A stretch of 64,000 nucleotides of DNA. Source: Polyangiales bacterium. Its GTDB lineage: Bacteria > Myxococcota_A > Polyangia > Polyangiales > Polyangiaceae. Positions within the stretch are counted from its first letter, which is position 1, and each line of letters starts with the position of its first letter. The stretch lies in NCBI GenBank assembly GCA_038231275.1, contig JBBRLQ010000023.1, positions 60,471 through 124,470 on the forward strand, read 5' to 3'. Position numbers and translations under genes: made by a program. The notes below the pieces were generated by a model, which saw only the letters and a list, made by a program, of their open reading frames with translations, searched no databases and was not told the origin of the DNA. Of the stretch, positions 1-8,856 are shown piece by piece.

Positions 1-2
1 AC

Positions 3-776
3 GCGTACGTCGATCCCCACGCGCCCCTGCGCTGCAAGCTCGTGCTCTTTCTCGTCGGCCTGGGCGGCAAGCCGGGCGACGCGCAGACGTACATGACGCA
101 CGCAGCACGCCAGGGGTTCCACGTGCTCGGCCTCACCTACGCGAACACCATCTCGCCGGCGCCCACGTGCCAGAACGATCCCGATGTCGACTGCCACTTG
201 AAGCTCCGTCAAGAGGAGCTCGACGGCACCGATCAGAGCCCGCTCCTCGTGGTATCGCGCGCCGATTCGATCGAGAACCGCATCGTGAAAGCGCTCGCGT
301 ACCTCGACGCGACGTACCCCGTCGAAGGGTGGTCTGCGTATTCGGACACCTCGACGGCGCCGCGCTGGGGGTCGATCGTCGTGACGGGACACTCGCACGG
401 CTCGAGCACCGCCGGCGTCATCGGGAAGCTGCGCAAGGTCGCGCGCGTCGTCATGCTCGCGGGCCCCTATGACTTTCGCTCGCCTACTGCAGGCGCCACG
501 ACGGGGACACCGGCATCGTGGCTCGCGAAGCCGTCGCTTACGAGCCCGTCGGATTTCTATGCCTTCGTCCATCTGGCCGACACACAGTCGCCGCAGGACG
601 CGACGAACTGGGACGCCGCTGGCCTTCCCGTCGTCGGCACGCGCGTGAGCGTCGACGGCGCGGCGGCCCCCTACGGCGGCTCGCACCAGCTCACGACGAA
701 CATCGCGGGCGGTGGTCACGGCAGCGTCGTGTCGAACGCGGCGTATGGTTCGGTCTGGGACTACTTGCTCGAGTAG
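3..776 (+). CDS. alpha/beta-hydrolase fold protein, 5'-partial (begins before the window)
   Basis: Frame is open from position 3. It has a nucleophile-elbow GHSHG motif followed by RVVMLAGP and a C-terminal GHGS (candidate catalytic His). Confidence 0.7.
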   Translation, partial: AYVDPHAPLRCKLVLFLVGLGGKPGDAQTYMTHAARQGFHVLGLTYANTISPAPTCQNDPDVDCHLKLRQEELDGTDQSPLLVVSRADSIENRIVKALAYLDATYPVEGWSAYSDTSTAPRWGSIVVTGHSHGSSTAGVIGKLRKVARVVMLAGPYDFRSPTAGATTGTPASWLAKPSLTSPSDFYAFVHLADTQSPQDATNWDAAGLPVVGTRVSVDGAAAPYGGSHQLTTNIAGGGHGSVVSNAAYGSVWDYLLE

Positions 777-797
777 CCGTCTTGTAGAGTGGCGGCG

Positions 798-1466
798 ATG
801 CGCCGACTCCTGATCGTCCTCGCCGTCACGGTCGCGTGCTCGAAGTCCTCCGAGTCCGCGACGCCGACTCCGACTCCGACTCCGACTCCGACTCCGGCTC
901 CGACTCCGACTCCGACTCCGACTCCGACTCCGACTCCGACTCCGACGCCGACTCCGACTCCGACTCCGACGCCGAAGGTGTACGCGCGCGTGCTCCACAC
1001 CGGTGACTCGATGGTCGGCGGCGGGCTCTCACGATCGCTCCGGCCGAAGTTCGAGGCCGAAGGCGCGAAGTACTTTCGCGACGTCTGGGAGAGCGGCTCC
1101 CTCCGCGATTTCTCGCGCTCCGATCGCATTCCGAAGTTGATCAAGGAGGACAAGCCGGACCTCGTCCTCCTCTCGCTCGGCGCGAACGACGTGTACGAGA
1201 CGAAGCCCGAGGTGATGGCGCCCTTCGTCGCGAAGATCGCCAAGATGACCGAGGGAGTCGACTGCATCTGGATCGGCCCGCCGATCTGGAAGGACGAGTA
1301 CAAGCGCCTGGTCCCGGTGCTTCGCGACAACGCCGCGCCCTGCAAATTCTTCGATTCGAGCGAGATCGAGATGCACCGCAAACCCGACGGCATCCACCCC
1401 GACGAAAAGGGGGGAGAAACCTACGCGGACGCGTTCTGGGCCTTCCTGCGGCCGCCTGCGAAGTAG
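798..1466 (+). CDS. SGNH/GDSL hydrolase-family lipoprotein with (Thr-Pro)n linker
   Basis: Lipobox VTVAC, TP repeat, block I GDSM, block III LGAND and block V DGIHP. ATG at 798 is preceded by TAGAGT-N7. Confidence 0.85.
   Translation: MRRLLIVLAVTVACSKSSESATPTPTPTPTPTPAPTPTPTPTPTPTPTPTPTPTPTPTPKVYARVLHTGDSMVGGGLSRSLRPKFEAEGAKYFRDVWESGSLRDFSRSDRIPKLIKEDKPDLVLLSLGANDVYETKPEVMAPFVAKIAKMTEGVDCIWIGPPIWKDEYKRLVPVLRDNAAPCKFFDSSEIEMHRKPDGIHPDEKGGETYADAFWAFLRPPAK
861..974 (+). repeat. in-frame hexanucleotide tandem repeat (ACTCCG)n, about 19 units, encoding a TP linker
   Basis: Directly visible: ACTCCG units with a few ACGCCG/GCTCCG variants. Confidence 0.95.
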
Positions 1467-1480
1467 GCTACGTTTCTCCC

Positions 1481-2272
1481 ATGGGGGTGACTCCCAACGC
1501 GTTCGGGATCGCGCGCTCGATCGATCCCGTGCGGAGTCGGGCGCGGCTCGCAGAGCTGTGCGAGCTCATGATCCGCGACGTCGGCGGCATCGTGATGCCC
1601 CACCACGCCGAGACGTACCGTCAGCTCGCGGGCGATTTCGCCTCGGGTCGCGTCGCGCTCGCGTGGATGCCGCCGCTCCTGTGCATCGAGCTCGACAAGC
1701 AGCACGCGACCGCCGAGGTCGTACTGCCTGTGCGCGGGGGCTCGGTGACGTACTACTCGGCGCTCGTCGCGCGTCGCAGCGGGGGGCCGCGGAGCCTCGC
1801 CGACGTCAAGCACGCCAAGGTCGCGTGGGTCGATCCCGAGAGCTCCTCGGGGTACCTCGTGCCGCGCCTGCATCTCCAGTCCCAAGGCCGCGCGCTCGGC
1901 GCGATGTTCGATGGCGAGATGATGGCCGGCAGCCACGTCGCGGTCCTCGACGCCGTGCAGTCGGGGCGCGTCGACGTCGGCGCGACCTACTGCGCCAGCA
2001 AGGCGCCCAAGTGGATGTCGAACGCAGGCGTCGAGCGACCGCTCGACGCGCTCACGATCACCGGTGCGATCCCGAACGACGCCCTCGTCCTGTCGCCGGC
2101 CTTGACCGCCAACCAGCGCGCGAAGATCCAGCGCTGGTTCATCATGGATATGCCGGCGCGCGCGCGTCAGCTCACGCTCGACCTCATGGGCGCGTCGGAA
2201 TTCCGCGCGGGCTCGCTCAGCCATTTCGCGCCCCTCAGGCGAATGCTCGCGGCCGCCAGCTACGCGATGTGA
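1481..2272 (+). CDS. PhnD-like phosphate/phosphonate substrate-binding-fold protein, stand-alone
   Basis: Motifs YYSALVAR, AWVDPESSSGYLVPR, GSHVAVLDAV..GRVDVGA and IPNDA are typical of the PhnD family. No signal peptide is seen. Confidence 0.8.
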   Translation: MGVTPNAFGIARSIDPVRSRARLAELCELMIRDVGGIVMPHHAETYRQLAGDFASGRVALAWMPPLLCIELDKQHATAEVVLPVRGGSVTYYSALVARRSGGPRSLADVKHAKVAWVDPESSSGYLVPRLHLQSQGRALGAMFDGEMMAGSHVAVLDAVQSGRVDVGATYCASKAPKWMSNAGVERPLDALTITGAIPNDALVLSPALTANQRAKIQRWFIMDMPARARQLTLDLMGASEFRAGSLSHFAPLRRMLAAASYAM

Positions 2273-2301
2273 GCCGGAGTTTCTGCTAACTTGGCGGGGA
2301 A

Positions 2302-4374
2302 ATGCACGCCGCATGGTGGATGCTCGGGGCCCTCGCCGTGCTGGCGATCGGGTACCGCTACTACTCCGCGTTCCTCTCGGCGCGCGTCCTGTGCCTCGAC
2401 GACCGGCGAGTGACCGCCGCGCACACGCACGCCGACGGCCACGATTTCCACCCGACGAACCGCTGGGTCCTCTTCGGCCACCACTTCGCCGCGATCACCG
2501 GCGCCGGCCCCCTCATCGGCCCCGTCCTCGCCGCGCAGTTCGGCTTCTATCCGGGGTTCCTGTGGATCCTCTTCGGCGTGGTCCTCGGCGGCGCCGTCCA
2601 CGACTTCGTCATCCTCGTCGCGAGCACCCGGCGCGGCGGGCGCAGCCTCGCGGAGATCGCGAAGGACGAGCTGGGGCCGACGCTCGGCCTCGTCACCGCC
2701 GTCGCGATCCTCTTCATCGTCGTCATCGCGCTCGCGGGCCTCGGCAACGTCGTCGTGGGCGCCCTCATGGAGAGCGCGTGGGGCGTCTTCACGGTGAGCG
2801 CCTCGATCCCGATCGCGCTGGCGATGGGCTTCTACATTTACAGAGTCCGCGGCGGCACAGTGCGCGCGATCAAAGAGGCGTCGGTCGGGGGCGTGATCCT
2901 CCTCCTCGCCGCGCTCATCCTCGGCAAGACGGTCGGCGATTCGTCCTACGCGGTGTACCTGAAGCTGGGCAAGACGCCGCTGACGCTTGCGATGGCGGCG
3001 TACGGGTTCGCGGCCAGCGTCCTCCCGGTGTGGCTCCTCCTCTGCCCGCGCGACTACCTCTCCAGCTACCTGAAGATCGGCACGATCGGCGCGCTCGTCG
3101 TCGGCGTCGTCGTCGTGAACCCCGAGATCCAGATGCCGGGGGTGACCGAGTACATCCACGGGGGCGGTCCCATCCTGAAGGGGCCGCTCTTTCCGTTCGT
3201 GTTCATCACGATCGCGTGCGGCGCGATCAGCGGGTTTCACGGCCTCGTCGCGAGCGGCACCACGCCGAAGATGATCGATCGCGAGAGCGACTGCAGGCCC
3301 ATCGGCTACGGCGCGATGCTGATGGAGGGGCTCGTCGGCATCACGGCGCTGATCGCCGCGTGCGTCCTGCCGCCGGAGGACTACGTCACGATCAACACCG
3401 ATCCCAAGGTCGCGATCGTCGCGAGCGACGCCACGCACGGCGAAGGGCTCGCGCGCTCGCGCGAAGAGCTGATGAACGCCGCCGTCCACTTCGACGCGCA
3501 CGACCGGAAGCTCCTCGAGCTCGACGCGCGCTCGCTCGACGACCTCGCCGCTGCGAACATTCCCGCCTCCAAAGCGCTCGCCCTCTCGAACGGCGCGCTT
3601 GCGGCGCTGGGGTATACGGCCGATCCCGCCGCTCCTCGGGCGACCACCCTCGACGACGCCGACTTTGCGCGGCTAGGCCTCCACGTGAAGGAGCTGCCCG
3701 CCCTCTCGCGGGCGAGCGGCGAAGTCGTGGCGGCGCGTACGGGCGGCGGGGTCTCTCTCGCGGTCGGCATGGCGCGCGTCTTCAGCGGCCTCCCCGGAAT
3801 GAGCACGCTCCTCGCGTACTGGTACCACTTCGCGATCATGTTCGAGGCGCTGTTCATCCTCACGACGATCGACACCGGCACGCGCATCGGCCGGTTCTTG
3901 ATGCAGGAGATGATCGCCCGCGTCTCGCCTTCGCTCGGGCGACCGCAGAGCCGCGCCGGGAGCATTCTCGCGACGTTCCTCGTCGTGTTCGGGTGGAGCT
4001 ACTTCATCCTCACCGGCAACATCACGACCATCTGGCCGATGTTCGGCATCGCGAACCAGCTCCTGGCGTGCACGGCGCTCTGCGTGGCGACCACCATCCT
4101 CCTCCGCGAGGCCAAGAAGAAGAGCTACGCGCTCGTCACGATCCTGCCGCTCGCCTTCGTCGGCACCACCACGCTCACCGCCGGCGTGATGAGCATCGCG
4201 AACATCTACCTGCCGATGGCCCAACAGGCGGCGACGCGGACGACCGGGCTCGTGAACGTGATCGTCACCTCGCTCCTCATCGTGTGCGTGCTCGTGATCT
4301 TGGCAGGAAGCGTCGCGCGGTGGCTGGGCCTCACGCGCCGGCCCGAGGTCGACGCGCCGGTCACGTCGGCCTGA
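2302..4374 (+). CDS. cstA: carbon starvation protein A (peptide/pyruvate transporter)
   Basis: FGHHFAAITGAGPLIGP, PRDYLSS, FITIACGAISGFH, GYGAMLME, FILTTIDTGTR and IWPMFGIANQLL motifs, with many TM helices. Confidence 0.95.
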   Translation: MHAAWWMLGALAVLAIGYRYYSAFLSARVLCLDDRRVTAAHTHADGHDFHPTNRWVLFGHHFAAITGAGPLIGPVLAAQFGFYPGFLWILFGVVLGGAVHDFVILVASTRRGGRSLAEIAKDELGPTLGLVTAVAILFIVVIALAGLGNVVVGALMESAWGVFTVSASIPIALAMGFYIYRVRGGTVRAIKEASVGGVILLLAALILGKTVGDSSYAVYLKLGKTPLTLAMAAYGFAASVLPVWLLLCPRDYLSSYLKIGTIGALVVGVVVVNPEIQMPGVTEYIHGGGPILKGPLFPFVFITIACGAISGFHGLVASGTTPKMIDRESDCRPIGYGAMLMEGLVGITALIAACVLPPEDYVTINTDPKVAIVASDATHGEGLARSREELMNAAVHFDAHDRKLLELDARSLDDLAAANIPASKALALSNGALAALGYTADPAAPRATTLDDADFARLGLHVKELPALSRASGEVVAARTGGGVSLAVGMARVFSGLPGMSTLLAYWYHFAIMFEALFILTTIDTGTRIGRFLMQEMIARVSPSLGRPQSRAGSILATFLVVFGWSYFILTGNITTIWPMFGIANQLLACTALCVATTILLREAKKKSYALVTILPLAFVGTTTLTAGVMSIANIYLPMAQQAATRTTGLVNVIVTSLLIVCVLVILAGSVARWLGLTRRPEVDAPVTSA

Positions 4375-4610
4375 TGGCCGCGCTCTTGTCCTACGTGCTG
4401 CTCGTCGCGCTCGTCGCGCATGCGGGCGCACACGTCGCGCTCCTCATCGCGCTCGCGCGTCGACGGCCGCGGTACCGCGCGCTCGTCGCGTTCGTCTTGC
4501 CCCCACTCGCGCCGTATTATGGGTGGATGGCCGGGGATCGCCGGCTCTCGCTCGTCTGGCTGGGAGGGTTGGGCGTCTATGCCGCAGGGGTAGCTTTGGC
4601 GAACCTGTGA
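4374..4610 (+). CDS. small membrane protein (78 aa, about 3 hydrophobic segments)
   Basis: TGATG overlap with the cstA stop; sequence MAALLSYVLLVALVAH...VALANL is hydrophobic. Confidence 0.65.
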   Translation: MAALLSYVLLVALVAHAGAHVALLIALARRRPRYRALVAFVLPPLAPYYGWMAGDRRLSLVWLGGLGVYAAGVALANL

Positions 4611-4626
4611 CGTAGGAGGTGGGGCC

Positions 4627-4869
4627 ATGCGACTCCTCCTCTTGTTCGAGCCCGGCTTTGCGCTCGCCCTCATCGCGTTGGTCACGCGCTACGCCCACGA
4701 GCCCTCGATCCGCGTGGCGTTCGTGATCAGCGCCGTCGCCGCGCTCGCGATCTTGCCGCTCTCGCTGCTCCTGCGCCGCGGCCCTTCGCCGGACGCGGAT
4801 TCGCACGCGGACGCGGACGCCGACCTGGACGCGGATCCGCAAAATGGAGAAGCGGCGGAAGACGCCTGA
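4627..4869 (+). CDS. small 2-TM protein with acidic (DA)n tail
   Basis: Strong SD AGGAGG upstream, two hydrophobic stretches and a DADSHADADADLDAD tail. Confidence 0.55.
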   Translation: MRLLLLFEPGFALALIALVTRYAHEPSIRVAFVISAVAALAILPLSLLLRRGPSPDADSHADADADLDADPQNGEAAEDA

Positions 4870-4914
4870 GCGCCCCCGCCGCGGGTGTTCCCTGAATTTT
4901 CGTAGAAGCGACGG

Positions 4915-5082
4915 CTACTTCGCGTCGGCCTTCTTCGCGTCGGCGGCCTTCGCGTCGTACCCCTCGGGGTGGACCGCGAACTTCGGCGTGCCGAGGCGGC
5001 GGAGCGTGCGCTTGTTGCGCTTCCCGGCGGTGGAGGCCTTGCGCTTGCGGATGCGGTCGAACTGCTGCGTCGACGAAACCAT
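4915..5082 (-). CDS. small Lys/Arg-rich protein (55 aa), not in the ORF track
   Basis: Hand translation: MVSSTQQFDRIRKRKASTAGKRNKRTLRRLGTPKFAVHPEGYDAKAADAKKADAK. SD-like AGAGG lies 6 nt upstream, codons are GC3-biased, and it has its own promoter. Confidence 0.8.
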   Translation of the reverse strand: MVSSTQQFDRIRKRKASTAGKRNKRTLRRLGTPKFAVHPEGYDAKAADAKKADAK

Positions 5083-5141
5083 TGGAAACCTCTGAGCTTT
5101 TTGCGTATCGGGCGGGACGCCCAGGAGGACGCGGGACGCGC

Positions 5142-5170
5142 AAGATGGCCGGACAGGGGCCGCCTGTCAA
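5142..5170 (-). promoter_or_regulatory. sigma70-type promoter TTGACA-N17-CATCTT for the 55-aa basic protein
   Basis: Perfect -35 at 5170-5165, 17-nt spacer, -10 at 5147-5142. Confidence 0.6.
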
Positions 5171-5225
5171 GGGCAGGCGTCAAGTGCTGGCAAATCGCCC
5201 GAGTGCGATTAGGCTGCGCGCGCCG

Positions 5226-5888
5226 ATGAGCACCGTCGTCTCCGCCATGCCCGCGCGCCCGAAGCCGAAGCTCCGAGGCGTCTCTCATCAGATCGCCTGC
5301 TTCGTCGCCATCGCGGCGACGCTGCTCCTCGTTCGCAGCGCGGGCAGCCCGCGCGCCGCCGCCGCCGCCGCGATCTACGGCGCCTCGCTCTCGACGCTCC
5401 TCGGCATCAGCGCCCTCTACCACCGCAAACACTGGGCGCCGGCGCCGCGCATGATCATGCGACGCGTCGATCACTCGGCCATCTTCCTCTTGATCGCCGG
5501 CACCTACACGCCCGCCTTCTGGTTGCTCGATCCGATCCCCGGCCACCGGCCGCTCTGGATCGTGTGGATCGGCGCCGCGCTCGGCATCGGCAAATCGATG
5601 TTGTGGCCGAAGGCACCGAAGGCGGTCACCGCCGCGCTCTACGTGATTCTGGGGTGGGTCGTCGTCGGCGACGTCGTTCGGCTCGAGAGCGTGATGGGCG
5701 CGCCCGCGGTGTGGCTGCTCGTCATCGGCGGCGTCGTCTATTCGCTCGGCGCGCTCGTGTACGCGCGCCGAAAGCCGGATCCGATGCCCCTGGTCTTCGG
5801 GTACCACGAGATCTTCCACGCGCTGGTCCTGGTCGCCAGCGCGGTCCACTTCGCCCACGTGGTGCTCGTGCTCGGCGTCGCGCGTTAG
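5226..5888 (+). CDS. hemolysin III / PAQR-family membrane protein (TrhA-like)
   Basis: KPKLRGVSH, SALYH, RRVDHSAIFLLIAGTYTP and FGYHEIFH motifs. Start placed at ATG 5226. Confidence 0.92.
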   Translation: MSTVVSAMPARPKPKLRGVSHQIACFVAIAATLLLVRSAGSPRAAAAAAIYGASLSTLLGISALYHRKHWAPAPRMIMRRVDHSAIFLLIAGTYTPAFWLLDPIPGHRPLWIVWIGAALGIGKSMLWPKAPKAVTAALYVILGWVVVGDVVRLESVMGAPAVWLLVIGGVVYSLGALVYARRKPDPMPLVFGYHEIFHALVLVASAVHFAHVVLVLGVAR

Positions 5889-5901
5889 ACGCTCCGTCTC
5901 T

Positions 5902-8856
5902 TCAGTTCACCGGCGCCGCGTTGTCCGGTGGCGCCGTGCTCGTCGCCGCGCCGGGGCTCGGGTTGACGGCGGCGCCTCCGAGATCGAAGAGCGGGAACTC
6001 GCGCGACTTGAACGCGAAGATCGGGATCTTGGTGTGGAAGCCCTTCCAGTGGAACAGCTCCACCTCGAAGAGCTTGATGCCGAGGAACTTGGCGTACGCG
6101 TCCATGTGACCGTCGAGCGTGCCGAGCGTGAGATCGAGCCCCGCGTCGAAGACGATCGAGACGACGGCGTCCTTCGACGACTTGAGCCGCGCGCCGCCGT
6201 GCACGGGGAGACCGATGTCGAGGAGCACGAGGTCCACGTCGACGCCGACGCCCGCGATGCCGGCGATACTGCAATCGGCGCCGACGACGAGATCGAGGTG
6301 CGCGTCGGGCTTCACGATGCCGTCGATGTTGAAGATCTCGTCCTTCTTGCAGGTCCCTTTGTCGGGCCCGCCGGCCTGCACGATGATGTCGGCGCCGTAG
6401 CCCCACGCGATGCCGATGGTGAAGGTCAACGTGACCCAGGTGATTTGCACGGGGATGACGGCGATCGTCTCCTCGCTGCCGCCCAAGTTGCCGGGGATGA
6501 TGTAGTTGCCGGCCTGGTTGATCTTGAACTCGGTATTGTCGGGGATCTTGTAGAACTCGTAGAGCCCCTCGAGGAACTCGCCGTGGCCGTAGACCTTCAC
6601 CTTGTCGGTCTGTTGCTGCTGCGCGTCGTCGTTGAGATCGATGCCAAAATCGGCGGCGACGATGTGGAACGGCGGCAAGCCGAACGCGTACGCGAACGCC
6701 TCGATCGACGCATGCGTGCGACCGCCCATGCGGCACGGCACGCTCGGATACTTCGGATCGTTGTCGGGGAAGCGCGCGAAGATTTTTGCCTCCCAGCCAA
6801 GGTCGTACGCGTAGCCGACGCCGAACGACTTGCTGCCCCATGTCTCGTTGTTGCGCTTGTCCTGGCCGAAGTTGTCGGTCTGTTTGATGGGCAGGCCCTC
6901 GAGGTCCTTGCCGCGCTTCACCTCGGCGGCAACGATGACGGACTTGGTCATGACCGGCGTGCGCGCGGGGATGCGCCCGGCGAAGAGCGTCGTGCGCCAG
7001 GTGCGGCACTCGGCGTACGCGCGCTCCTTGGCGGCCATGTTGTAGCCGACCGTGTTGTTCACCCAGCGCTTCACGAACATGTTCGGCGACCAGTCGCACG
7101 CGTAGTTCGCGGTGTCGAAGCAGGTCGGTCCGCGATTGGCAGCGGTCTTCTTCCCCCACTCGTCGAGGAGGACGTTGACGGTCTCGCACGCCGCGAGCTC
7201 GCCGACGAAGGCCTCGGGCGCTGCGGGAGTGGAGGCGGCCCACACGGTCTTCGGCGTGCTCTTGCGGTTCGACGCGCGCGGCGCGCAGAGGAGACGAGGG
7301 TACGGCACGGACGTGTCGATCTTGGGCGGGTGGACGCGCCAGTTGATGTCGAGGTACGCGAGCTGTCCGTTGTCGACGCTGGGCGACTGCGGCTGTTGGA
7401 GGCGTGTGCCGCTTCGCACGACGATGTTGCCGCCGGCGGTGGTGGGAGGTGGGCCGGCCTTGCCGCTCATCGCGTTCAGCTTCGGCGGCGCGGCGGCGCC
7501 CGCTTGGAGCAGCGGCGAGCCGAGCGTGACGGCGCCGCGGTTCGCGAGGCCGGGGAAGGCGAGGCCGCCGCCGATGTTGGCGCCGGCCTTCAGCGCATCG
7601 AGCATGCCGGCGTGCGCGTTGACGAACGAGAGCATGTCCGTCGCGTTGGTCCGGTCGACGTTGCCGAACGTCGCGCGTGAGGCGAACGGATCGCCGTCGG
7701 ACATCTGCGCCTGCCCGGGGAAGACGCGGCCGACGGCGCTGGGGATCCCGGTGCAGTCCTGGGGGTTCAGGTGCGCGACGCATTTGGCGACGTCGTAGAA
7801 GTGATCCATCGCGGCGAGCATCGCGTCGTTGCGCCGCTTGTACTCGTCGAACTCGCCGGGCGTGATCGCCGCGGTGCGCGTGTTGAGGACCTCGTGGAAG
7901 TCCCACTCGTCGGCGAAGCCCTGCGCCTTGGGGCCGATGCCGTTGCCCTTGCCGCCTTGCCCGATGTCGTAGGTCGAGAGCTCGTCACGGATCGCCTTGT
8001 AGAGCGCCTGCACGCTCGCCTGCTTCGCCGGATCGGACGCGAAAGCCGTGACGATCGACGCCGTGAGGAACGCGCCAGTGCCCGCGTAGAACGCGTTTTT
8101 CGGCATTCTTCCGGTGAAATCGAGACGACCGTCGTAGTCGGGGATGAACTCCTTGAAGGCCGGCAGGAGCGGGTTCTGGAGCGCGCGGCGCGCGATGCCG
8201 GGCGAGGCGGGCAAGAGGCTCACGTTGACCTCGCAGCGCGCGTCCCCTTTGCAGCCGTAGATCGCGTCGAGCCACCGCTCGTCGTCGTGGAACCCCTTGT
8301 AGACGTAGTCCTCGCACGACGCGACGTCGTCGCCGCCGGCCGCGTGAGGGCGCTGGTAGGTCGCGAGCAGGCCGCCCGGCGTCCACGCGAGCGCGTCGGT
8401 CTTCGCCTTCATCTCTTGCGCGGCCCAGCGGTTCTGGGTGTTGGGGCGCGGCGCGAGGCGAGGCCGCCGCTTCATCTTCGCGTTCCAGCTCTTGGGCTGA
8501 CGGTAGGGGTCCTGGGTATAGGGCACCGGCAGGATGCCGTAGCTCTCGTGACGATTCGAGTCGGCGAAGCCCGGCTCTTTGGGCGTTCCGTAGATCTTGT
8601 TTGGCGTCGGCGGTTTTCCCCCGACCCGCGGGCGCTGCTCCTCGAGCGCGAGGCGCTTGTTCATCGTGTCGCACGTGCCGCGGTTGGCGACGCAGAGCGC
8701 GTGGTAGTCGGGGTTGCCGCAGTCCGACGCGCTCGGAGGCACGTTGCACGGCGAGATCGGCGGGGGATCGCCGGGCGCCGCTGCGCTGTCCACGCCATAA
8801 AGCGACGCGCCGAGCGCGATACCGGCCATCCACGCGATCGTCTTCGTCTTGGTCAT
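5902..8856 (-). CDS. large exported Cys-containing protein (984 aa) with beta-strand-rich C-terminal third
   Basis: Signal peptide MTKTKTIAWMAGIALGASLYGVDSAAA, SD AGGAG, ATGA overlap with the upstream gene and GC3-biased codons. Function is not recognised directly. Confidence 0.85.
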   Translation of the reverse strand: MTKTKTIAWMAGIALGASLYGVDSAAAPGDPPPISPCNVPPSASDCGNPDYHALCVANRGTCDTMNKRLALEEQRPRVGGKPPTPNKIYGTPKEPGFADSNRHESYGILPVPYTQDPYRQPKSWNAKMKRRPRLAPRPNTQNRWAAQEMKAKTDALAWTPGGLLATYQRPHAAGGDDVASCEDYVYKGFHDDERWLDAIYGCKGDARCEVNVSLLPASPGIARRALQNPLLPAFKEFIPDYDGRLDFTGRMPKNAFYAGTGAFLTASIVTAFASDPAKQASVQALYKAIRDELSTYDIGQGGKGNGIGPKAQGFADEWDFHEVLNTRTAAITPGEFDEYKRRNDAMLAAMDHFYDVAKCVAHLNPQDCTGIPSAVGRVFPGQAQMSDGDPFASRATFGNVDRTNATDMLSFVNAHAGMLDALKAGANIGGGLAFPGLANRGAVTLGSPLLQAGAAAPPKLNAMSGKAGPPPTTAGGNIVVRSGTRLQQPQSPSVDNGQLAYLDINWRVHPPKIDTSVPYPRLLCAPRASNRKSTPKTVWAASTPAAPEAFVGELAACETVNVLLDEWGKKTAANRGPTCFDTANYACDWSPNMFVKRWVNNTVGYNMAAKERAYAECRTWRTTLFAGRIPARTPVMTKSVIVAAEVKRGKDLEGLPIKQTDNFGQDKRNNETWGSKSFGVGYAYDLGWEAKIFARFPDNDPKYPSVPCRMGGRTHASIEAFAYAFGLPPFHIVAADFGIDLNDDAQQQQTDKVKVYGHGEFLEGLYEFYKIPDNTEFKINQAGNYIIPGNLGGSEETIAVIPVQITWVTLTFTIGIAWGYGADIIVQAGGPDKGTCKKDEIFNIDGIVKPDAHLDLVVGADCSIAGIAGVGVDVDLVLLDIGLPVHGGARLKSSKDAVVSIVFDAGLDLTLGTLDGHMDAYAKFLGIKLFEVELFHWKGFHTKIPIFAFKSREFPLFDLGGAAVNPSPGAATSTAPPDNAAPVN

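Noticed and set aside
826..1032. (SE)n and (GV)n repeat ORFs, and the possibility of a CRISPR-like array
   Set aside because: These are other frames of the ACTCCG microsatellite. There are no spacers and no cas genes.
5082..5225. Longer N-termini proposed by the ORF track (also 10770-11102, 14378-14521, 52270-52545, 53889-54179, 59329-59580)
   Set aside because: The extensions overlap promoters or neighbouring genes and look non-coding; downstream starts fit signal peptides, SD sites or -10 spacing better.
5902..8856. 984-aa protein as a polymorphic toxin or secretion-system effector
   Set aside because: No RHS/YD, PAAR, VgrG or recognisable nuclease motif and no small immunity gene follows; it has an ordinary Sec-type signal peptide.
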